This document shows positions 1 through 6,429 of a stretch of DNA of 20,126 bases, piece by piece (position 1 is the stretch's first letter; the number at the start of each line of letters is the position of its first letter). Source of the stretch: an uncultured archaeon (GTDB lineage Archaea > Asgardarchaeota > Heimdallarchaeia > Heimdallarchaeales > Kariarchaeaceae); contig CAZYCQ010000042.1 of NCBI GenBank assembly GCA_964645535.1, forward strand, positions 9,710-29,835, in the 5' to 3' direction. The notes under the pieces are model-generated. The model was not told where the DNA came from and made no database searches. It saw only the letters and a program-made list of their open reading frames with translations. The position numbers were made by a program, and so were the translations under genes.

Positions 1-621
1 TTTGTATAGTCCTCCGAGGTGGACGGAGGTTAATAAGTTCTGATATCTGTCCATAAAAATGCTTTCAACTTCATCTCTAGTTCGAGTATCTGGTTTTCTA
101 TTTCCAAAGTGCGTTTTTATTTCAATAAAAATATCCGTCAGTCTTCCATAATAGTATAGATCTTCAATCATTTTGATCTTGTCTTGTTTTTCAATTTCAT
201 CTTTTTCGTCATAAAGGATTTCCCCTACCATATCGAGTAGCTCATTATCTGAGACATGGTCAATTGCTTCCCTGATTTCTTTTTTAATATGTTTTAGAAT
301 TGATTGTGCGCGTTTTTGTCGTGATAATGAAATTGTTGCTTTTTTTAAAGACGGTGGGATATAATTTTTTTGAATATTTTCAGGTTTAACATACACTCGG
401 ACTTCTTTTCCGAATATTTGATGATCTGTTGAGTTCTGTTCTTTTAGTTCAGGTTTAAAATCTGGTTCTGGATCTAAGGCATCTTTACCGAAGAATTTTT
501 CCAATCCATTGTTTATCTGTTTCAGGTGGGGAATCCAAACCTTTTCACGATATTCCTTAAATTTTCTTCTATTTTTAAATTTCCAAATTGCATTTTTCAA
601 TCGAATAAACCATTTAATCAA
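1..621 (-). CDS. Hypothetical protein, 3'-truncated by the window edge (at least 207 aa); missing from the supplied ORF track
   Basis: Manual translation shows a minus-strand frame open from 663 to below 1 (LIKWFIRLKNAIWKFKNRRKFKEYREKVWIPHLKQ...LDMVGEILYDEKDEIEKQDKIKMIEDLYYYGRLTDIFIEIK...). The first in-frame start is TTG at 621. It lies directly downstream of, and co-oriented with, 677..910. Start uncertain. Confidence 0.7.
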   Translation of the reverse strand, partial: MIKWFIRLKNAIWKFKNRRKFKEYREKVWIPHLKQINNGLEKFFGKDALDPEPDFKPELKEQNSTDHQIFGKEVRVYVKPENIQKNYIPPSLKKATISLSRQKRAQSILKHIKKEIREAIDHVSDNELLDMVGEILYDEKDEIEKQDKIKMIEDLYYYGRLTDIFIEIKTHFGNRKPDTRTRDEVESIFMDRYQNLLTSVHLGGLYK

Positions 622-676
622 AATCGATATGATATGGTCAATGAATTGAATGGAACTTATGGGTCATTATTTCCCC

Positions 677-910
677 TTATTCTAGCATATCCGAAAAAAA
701 ACGATTGATGCAAAGACGTTTATTGCAGACTAATATAATGTCCTTTTTGTCTTCCAATGAAAATCCGATATTCATGAAATTTATCGGTTTACCACATACT
801 GGGCATTTCAACTTTCCTTCCAAAAAGGCTTTCCATTTTTTATGTTTTCTGAGAACTAATTCCAGATCGTTATCATTTGAAAGTTTGGGTTCGAAAAGTT
901 TGGATGACAT
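677..910 (-). CDS. Small zinc-finger protein (CPVC...CxxxxC)
   Basis: 77 aa with CPVCGKPI and a distal CNKRLC pair, giving four Cys arranged as a zinc ribbon/treble-clef-like site. Confidence 0.7.
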   Translation of the reverse strand: MSSKLFEPKLSNDNDLELVLRKHKKWKAFLEGKLKCPVCGKPINFMNIGFSLEDKKDIILVCNKRLCINRFFSDMLE

Positions 911-1060
911 AAAATTACTTCATTCTTTTTTCGTTAAGATGAAACTTAAGTATGTCCATTGTTTCATCATGTTTTATTAGAAATTACTGAATAAAAAATC
1001 GAAAATCTAATCGGAAATCTTTCCCTTCTGGAACCTGAGTGGTTGATTTTTCTTTTGTCA

Positions 1061-1558
1061 TTATCCTCCACAGAGGAGTGTGTTTATTGAATTTGCCCCT
1101 CTGAAGCCGGACCACATTTGGCAGTTGACGGTATTTCCTCCACTTGTCGGATATTTTCCGAGTACTACTTTAGGATATAGGTGGAAATATATTTCTTGAA
1201 CTGTAGTTCCTATTTTATATGTATATGAAATAATCAACCTTGTTCCCTGTGGTGTTTCTTCTATATTGACGATTGTTCCACCCATAAGAATGATGTCTTG
1301 TGTTCCTTGATAGTAGCGTTCAACAGTTGTATAGTCGCTGCAAACGAAGATAAATTTATTTGCTGGTCTTGATTCATAGACCTGTCCTGACAAGACGATC
1401 TGTCCTCTTTCAAGGCAACCCTTGATTGCTCGATCAAGACTGCTGAACGCGGTATTCCGTTCTGGCAATTGTGCGTTTGCAAAATATGCAAAGGTATTGA
1501 AGCCACTTATAAAAATAAGAAAGATTAACGTCAATCTGATTGATTTTTTAGGTGGCAT
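1061..1558 (-). CDS. Secreted/exported hypothetical protein
   Basis: Basic N-terminus plus hydrophobic stretch ending ANA (signal-peptide-like). Four Cys, possibly disulfide-bonded. Confidence 0.7.
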   Translation of the reverse strand: MPPKKSIRLTLIFLIFISGFNTFAYFANAQLPERNTAFSSLDRAIKGCLERGQIVLSGQVYESRPANKFIFVCSDYTTVERYYQGTQDIILMGGTIVNIEETPQGTRLIISYTYKIGTTVQEIYFHLYPKVVLGKYPTSGGNTVNCQMWSGFRGANSINTLLCGG

Positions 1559-1576
1559 GAACTAATGCTCAAAAAA

Positions 1577-1588
1577 AAATTTAAATTT
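1577..1588. promoter_or_regulatory. Palindromic TATA box (AAATTTAAATTT) in a 41-bp divergent intergenic region
   Basis: Perfect 12-bp palindrome with core TTTAAA at 1580-1585, about 22 nt from ATG 1558 (-) and about 24 nt from ATG 1609 (+). This is typical archaeal TATA-to-start spacing for leaderless transcripts. Confidence 0.5.
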
Positions 1589-1599
1589 AACGAAAGGTT

Positions 1600-2250
1600 A
1601 TGGGATTTATGAACAGGTCATTCTTTTTGTGTTTTATGATCTTCCTTTCATTTTCTCCTGTAGTTGTTTCAGGTCGATATCAATTGGATTATTCAATAGT
1701 GATCGATGAATTCATTATGTTACCGAATGATGCTTTGGGTCTTGATGATGGTGTCAATGTGACGGGTTATTTTGAAAGCCGTGTTGAATTTTTGAATTCA
1801 ACACAAATAGGGGTTTTCAATTCCAGTTCCATAATGACTTTCGGTGTTGGTTCGGAAGTGAATTCCACTTCGTTTCCTGGTTTACTGATTTTTTCAGGTT
1901 ATACTGATTTTCTGGATGAAAAGACTTTGGTTCCTGTCAAAATTTTCTTTGATTTCATTTTGTTGGAGGGTGGTGGTAGGGTTGTGTACCCTGCATTCAA
2001 TTTCACACTTCCTTCTGATTTTCTTGATGATTCCGGTCAATGTTTGGGAACGCCCAAAGATGTTTTGGATGCCTGTGAGAGATCCTTTTCCTTTTCCTAT
2101 TGGAATGTGACGGCAGAATTCAGTACTCGTTTTACCGAGGTTTCACCTCCTTCATCAGGTAGTTGGCTTCCTCTTCTTTTGGTGTTGGGTATTCCTGTTC
2201 TTCTTATTTTTGTTCTAGTCAAGGCGATCAACAATTCGGATCGGAACTGA
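1600..2250 (+). CDS. Cell-surface protein with signal peptide and C-terminal membrane anchor (start may be ATG 1609)
   Basis: N-terminal hydrophobic signal, several N-x-S/T sequons (NVT, NST, NSS, NFT), Pro/Ser linker, then TM helix WLPLLLVLGIPVLLIFVLV. Confidence 0.75.
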   Translation: MGFMNRSFFLCFMIFLSFSPVVVSGRYQLDYSIVIDEFIMLPNDALGLDDGVNVTGYFESRVEFLNSTQIGVFNSSSIMTFGVGSEVNSTSFPGLLIFSGYTDFLDEKTLVPVKIFFDFILLEGGGRVVYPAFNFTLPSDFLDDSGQCLGTPKDVLDACERSFSFSYWNVTAEFSTRFTEVSPPSSGSWLPLLLVLGIPVLLIFVLVKAINNSDRN

Positions 2251-2331
2251 TGGTTTCTTTCTTTGCTTCATTCTCTGAGCCGTTTCTTTTTGCTTTATTT
2301 TGAAGAAGTTTTTTGTCGTTTCATTGATTAA

Positions 2332-3189
2332 TTGTTGGGAATCTTTTTTTTGTATGTGTGGCGATGGTATTGGATGGTGGAATATTTTTTTCTTGTTTTT
2401 CGTTTTTTGGTTATTCTTACCTTTTTGCTGATCAATTTTCAGTTGTGGTATTATTATCGGCACACTGGTATTCCTGAATTTGGTCTTTTGTTTTTCCGTT
2501 TTCTTTTTGGGATTGTGGTTCTTTTTCAGGTGAATTTTGTGTTTTCTGAGTTTTCTCTCAAATTGTTTTTGGTTCTTTTTGTGACGGTTTATGTTTTTCT
2601 GTTGCTTTTCATGCGTCGTGTTGTTCGAGATCTTTTTTCATTGTTTTTGTTGTTTGTCTATGCGGTATTGTTTGTGGTGACGTTTTTTTTGGAGCCTGTT
2701 CCGTCTGGTTCATCTTTTCTTGGTTTACCTTTTGGTGGTGTCCGTTTCATTTCTTTTTCAGGAGTGATTGGTTTTTCTGTAGGTGGTGTTGTGGTGTTCA
2801 CAAGTGAGCATCCGTGGCCGTACATTTTCTTTCGTTTGGTTGTGGATCTGTACCTTCTGATGAGGATTTTTTTGATTGATGCGCTTGATGTGAAGTCGAA
2901 ATCGAGTTGGTTGTTCTATATAGGGCTTCATGGTGTTTTTGATTTTCTTTTCCTGTTTTCGTTGGATGGTGTTCGTCTTTTCATTTTATTGGTTGCGAAC
3001 GTCTTTTTCTTTTTGATGGTGTGGCAAAGGCCGCATTCTTTGGTTTTGACGAATCCGCAGTTGATTTCGTTATATGGTCGTATTTCTGGTCTTCGGGAAA
3101 TGGATGATGGTCATGTTCCTTTCACGAATTCGCAGGAGTTGATTGATTATATTTCGCATGTTGGTGAATTAATGAACGATGATGGTTGA
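2332..3189 (+). CDS. Polytopic membrane protein (about 7 TM segments, short cytoplasmic C-tail); start uncertain
   Basis: 285-codon ORF of alternating Phe/Leu/Val-rich helices and charged loops, with a hydrophilic C-terminal tail. TTG start with no clear SD. Confidence 0.65.
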   Translation: MLGIFFLYVWRWYWMVEYFFLVFRFLVILTFLLINFQLWYYYRHTGIPEFGLLFFRFLFGIVVLFQVNFVFSEFSLKLFLVLFVTVYVFLLLFMRRVVRDLFSLFLLFVYAVLFVVTFFLEPVPSGSSFLGLPFGGVRFISFSGVIGFSVGGVVVFTSEHPWPYIFFRLVVDLYLLMRIFLIDALDVKSKSSWLFYIGLHGVFDFLFLFSLDGVRLFILLVANVFFFLMVWQRPHSLVLTNPQLISLYGRISGLREMDDGHVPFTNSQELIDYISHVGELMNDDG

Positions 3190-3243
3190 TTTCATACTCG
3201 ATTGGCTATATTATGTGTTTGTGATTTGACGAATGATGTGATT

Positions 3244-4671
3244 TCAAACGACGCAGCAGCTCATTTTCTGGACATTTATTCTGAATGCCTGTGCCACTCG
3301 TTTCAGTCCTTCAGACATGGTTGGGAAGACATGGACGGTATCGATGATGTCATCGACGGTCAGTCCATATTTTACGGTCATGGTTGCTTCATGGATGAGG
3401 TCTGCCGCGAGGTTGGATACGATGGACACTCCTACGACCTTATCGGTTTCCGGATCGACCATCATCTTGATGATTCCATATTGTTCCTTGAGTGCCTGTG
3501 CTTTTGGGATTGTCGCCAGATCCAATGTTCTGCAATAGCAGTCGTCATGTGACTTGAGGTATTCCTTTTCGGTATATCCTACCATGGCGACTTGAGGTGT
3601 GGTGAACACAGCCAAGGGCACTTTGAGGTAATCGATCCATTTCTGGTTTCCCATGAGGGCGTTATGTGCGGCGAAATATCCTTCTTTTGCGGCAATGGTT
3701 TCCAAAAACATGGTTCCTGCCACATCTCCTGCTGCATAGATATGGGGTTGAGTGGTTTGGAGGAATTTGTTGATCTTGACAAATCCTCTGTGGTCTGTTT
3801 GCACTCCTGCCTTTTGCAGATCCAAGGTGTCGGTGTTCGGTGTGATGCCGACTGCCATGAGGATATGGGAGCAGGCTATGGGTTCCCTTCCTTCTATCTG
3901 GACAATTTTTTCTCCGGTTTCGGACTTTTGCAGTCTCTTGACGGATGCATTGAGGATGAACCTGATTCCTTCCTTTTCAAGGGCTTTCTGCAATTCATGT
4001 GCGATTTCCGGATCTGCGTTGGGGAGGATGTGTGGCATACGTTCAACGACAGTGACTGTGGATCCGAAATGGGTGAACGCCTGTGCCATTTCCAGTCCGA
4101 TAGCTCCTCCTCCGATGACGACAAGATGTTTGGGCAATTCGTCAAGGGAGAATATCTCCCTGCTTGTGAGTGTCTCGACCTCATCAATTCCTTCAAAGGG
4201 GATGATTCTTGGGCGTGATCCAGTTGCGATCACGAATTTTTTGCCGGTGTATCGTTTTCCGTTCACCTCTATTTCGGTGGGGGTGACGAATTTGGCTTTT
4301 CCTTCCACATATGTGAAATTGGTGAAGGTTTCCGCCACCTCTACATAATTTGACTTTCTCAGGTGGTGAACCATCTGGCGAACCTCATCCATGGCTGCAG
4401 CGAAGTCAAGCTTGGTGTTGCATGTTCCTCCGATGGCGTTGTATTCGGATCTTGCCCCATAATAGTAGTTGTTTGACATCTCAATGAGAATTTTTGAGGG
4501 AACGCATCCGACATTCACGCAGGTTCCACCGATGGGGAGGCCTCCATTGACCATGAGGGTGGAAAATCCCAATTCGGACGCTTTCGTTGCCGCGGAAAAG
4601 CCGGCGGCTCCTCCTCCTATAATGATCAGGTCATAAATGGATGAGGGTTTACATGATTCACAATCAGTCAT
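3244..4671 (-). CDS. merA: Mercuric reductase (pyridine nucleotide-disulfide oxidoreductase class I)
   Basis: FAD motif IIIGGGAAG, redox-active GGTCVNVGCVPSK, NAD(P)H motif VIGGGAIGLE, IYAAGDV, and HVFPTMSEGLK lacking the HPTxxE catalytic pair of lipoamide dehydrogenase. Diagnostic C-terminal vicinal cysteines (MSCCVV). Confidence 0.9.
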   Translation of the reverse strand: MTDCESCKPSSIYDLIIIGGGAAGFSAATKASELGFSTLMVNGGLPIGGTCVNVGCVPSKILIEMSNNYYYGARSEYNAIGGTCNTKLDFAAAMDEVRQMVHHLRKSNYVEVAETFTNFTYVEGKAKFVTPTEIEVNGKRYTGKKFVIATGSRPRIIPFEGIDEVETLTSREIFSLDELPKHLVVIGGGAIGLEMAQAFTHFGSTVTVVERMPHILPNADPEIAHELQKALEKEGIRFILNASVKRLQKSETGEKIVQIEGREPIACSHILMAVGITPNTDTLDLQKAGVQTDHRGFVKINKFLQTTQPHIYAAGDVAGTMFLETIAAKEGYFAAHNALMGNQKWIDYLKVPLAVFTTPQVAMVGYTEKEYLKSHDDCYCRTLDLATIPKAQALKEQYGIIKMMVDPETDKVVGVSIVSNLAADLIHEATMTVKYGLTVDDIIDTVHVFPTMSEGLKRVAQAFRINVQKMSCCVV

Positions 4672-4866
4672 TGGTTGTATTTGGTTTTCTTCCCTCTTGT
4701 AATCACTGTTATAAAATCAATAAATGGATGTGCGGTATTTTTCTGTTTTTGAAACGGTTGCGGTGAGTGAAAACGATATCTTGGGAGTACTGGGCTTGAA
4801 ACGGCAATATTGTGTTATTCATTTTAAATGGGTCTCTTTTAATGAAAATGAGATGCAAGAAAATGT

Positions 4867-5064
4867 ATGGAAGAACAGAACAAGAAGGGGACATTGGGTG
4901 CTGTTGCCCTTGCCGCTTGCTGCGCCGCTATCGTCATTCCGACTGTGGTTGTGGCAGTGGGCACCACAGGGGGTCTTGTCTTCGCCCTTGTAAAATTGAA
5001 ACGATTTATCCAAGACCGCTTTGCAAAAGGGAACGAGGTTTCCTCAATTCCTGTCAGCCCTTAA
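4867..5064 (+). CDS. 65-aa membrane peptide with intramembrane Cys-Cys; MerF/MerT TM1-like putative Hg(II) transporter/binding protein
   Basis: GTLGAVALAACCAAIVIPTVVVAVG resembles the first helix of MerT/MerF (small residues, Cys-Cys, then Pro). A second short hydrophobic segment and a basic tail follow. Divergent from merA. Confidence 0.6.
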   Translation: MEEQNKKGTLGAVALAACCAAIVIPTVVVAVGTTGGLVFALVKLKRFIQDRFAKGNEVSSIPVSP

Positions 5065-5070
5065 GTTCTG

Positions 5071-5130
5071 AGATTCCTGATGTGAACTACTGGTCCATGA
5101 TGTAAAATGTTGATCCATAATGTGAAGTAC
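5071..5130. repeat. Three degenerate 20-bp tandem repeats (consensus approx. TGATCCATGATGTGAAnTAC)
   Basis: Units AGATTCCTGATGTGAACTAC / TGGTCCATGATGTAAAATGT / TGATCCATAATGTGAAGTAC. Unit 1 vs 3 is 15/20 identical; unit 2 vs 3 is 14/20. Confidence 0.55.
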
Positions 5131-5232
5131 AAGTGATACTTGGGTTGTCGTTGGATGTTATGCAGAAGCACGTATCTGTTGAAAACATAAAGGATGAGAG
5201 GTTTTTTTAATTAGTAAAAAATTCCAGAATCA

Positions 5233-6429
5233 ATGGGTGAAAAAATGAACAAAATTTCATTGGTTGTTTTTTTCTTCATTTTCATTTTTCTTCCCAATAA
5301 CACAATCGCAACAAATGAAGGAATTGAATTCATTGTAGTTGGGGAATATGGGCTGAATGAACCTGATGTGCTTGAAATTCCAAACCACTTGTTTGTTACT
5401 CCAGAAAGGCTGGTGATTTCAGATAAATCTGGAAAGATTCTCGTCATTGATAAGCAAGAATGGACTTTGGAACAAACAATAGTGCCTTTCTTTTCGAATG
5501 GTTCAAGTATCGGGAGTGTGTATGAGACCATTTCCTTTGGGAACGGCACTTTTATTTCGTTAATAGACAATGGGGTTTTGGTAAGAATCTATGAAAACGG
5601 AACTGCAATTATGATTGGCAGGCTCCCAATTGCAGAAGATCGGGAGTATCTAAATGCCAGTGATGTCTATCATTTAGGTTTGGACATGAGTGATGCTGCA
5701 AATCCGATGGTATTGATTCAACATCCTACTTCTTTGTTCTTGACGGATATTGGAATCTCTCCATTGGAAAATATTCTTAATTTTCAAGGAGAGACCTTAT
5801 TTGCAAACTATACTGGATCTATTCAGGATCCCATGTACAATATTTCCCGATACTCTCTTCCTTTTATTGATTCTGAGATGATTTATTACGGCTCGTCTCC
5901 GATCTTTCCTATTGCAATAAACAACACTGTAATTTTTGAGAAATTTGGATGGAATAATGGGAGTTATGGCATAATTGATCGAATTATGCCCAACAATCAG
6001 CCAAGTGACCGGTTTCATTTCAACATTGTTGGTCCTTACTCTTGGTTTGGCTATGGGGCGATATTGAGCATTAAAGGCAATCTGCTCAATGTTTTAAGTT
6101 CAAATTTATTGTCTGCCGGTTCAATTTCGGAAATTCAAGGAATTGGATCGATAGAGCAAATAACCTCAATTCAATATGATCTGGCAACCAATGTTACCTA
6201 TATAATTTCAAACAAAATGGTTTATGGGATTCTCTTTTCAAAAATTTCTTTGTCAAGCACGACCTCTGACAGCGGTGATCTATTCCCTAATATCAGTGCC
6301 CCAATTGCCATTTTAATGGTATTTGCATTTTATTTTCTTTTCTTTGTTTTATTTGCTGCTTTGACGCTTGTTGTTGTCCGCAAAATCTACAGGCTAATCA
6401 AGAATCAATTCAGGTTAAGGGAGGAATGA
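5233..6429 (+). CDS. Exported beta-rich protein with C-terminal TM anchor; first gene of the ABC operon
   Basis: Signal peptide, beta-strand-rich body (propeller-like start: HLFVTPERLVISDKSGKILVID), many N-glycosylation sequons, and a C-terminal TM helix with a basic tail. Abuts the next gene (stop 6429, ATG 6430, preceded by GGAGG). Confidence 0.8.
   Translation: MGEKMNKISLVVFFFIFIFLPNNTIATNEGIEFIVVGEYGLNEPDVLEIPNHLFVTPERLVISDKSGKILVIDKQEWTLEQTIVPFFSNGSSIGSVYETISFGNGTFISLIDNGVLVRIYENGTAIMIGRLPIAEDREYLNASDVYHLGLDMSDAANPMVLIQHPTSLFLTDIGISPLENILNFQGETLFANYTGSIQDPMYNISRYSLPFIDSEMIYYGSSPIFPIAINNTVIFEKFGWNNGSYGIIDRIMPNNQPSDRFHFNIVGPYSWFGYGAILSIKGNLLNVLSSNLLSAGSISEIQGIGSIEQITSIQYDLATNVTYIISNKMVYGILFSKISLSSTTSDSGDLFPNISAPIAILMVFAFYFLFFVLFAALTLVVVRKIYRLIKNQFRLREE

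Noticed and set aside
526-980. Two + strand ORFs (60 and 91 aa)
   Set aside because: Antisense to the zinc-finger gene and to the long minus-strand frame; no motifs.
1061-1072. C-terminal GG on the 165-aa protein (also on NurA), suggesting a ubiquitin/SAMP-like modifier
   Set aside because: The 165-aa protein has a signal peptide and no evident beta-grasp size or pattern, and NurA is a nuclease fold. No E1/JAMM genes are nearby.
3202-4348. Several + strand ORFs (116, 208 and 198 aa) overlapping merA
   Set aside because: Antisense shadows of a gene with clear family motifs; they have no recognisable motifs of their own.
3244-4671. Alternative call as dihydrolipoamide dehydrogenase
   Set aside because: It lacks the HPTxxE catalytic motif and has the MerA-type C-terminal Cys-Cys.
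4749-5005. TTGAAAC motifs resembling CRISPR repeat 3' ends
   Set aside because: Only 7-9 bp match, spacing is irregular, one copy lies inside a CDS, and there are no cas genes.
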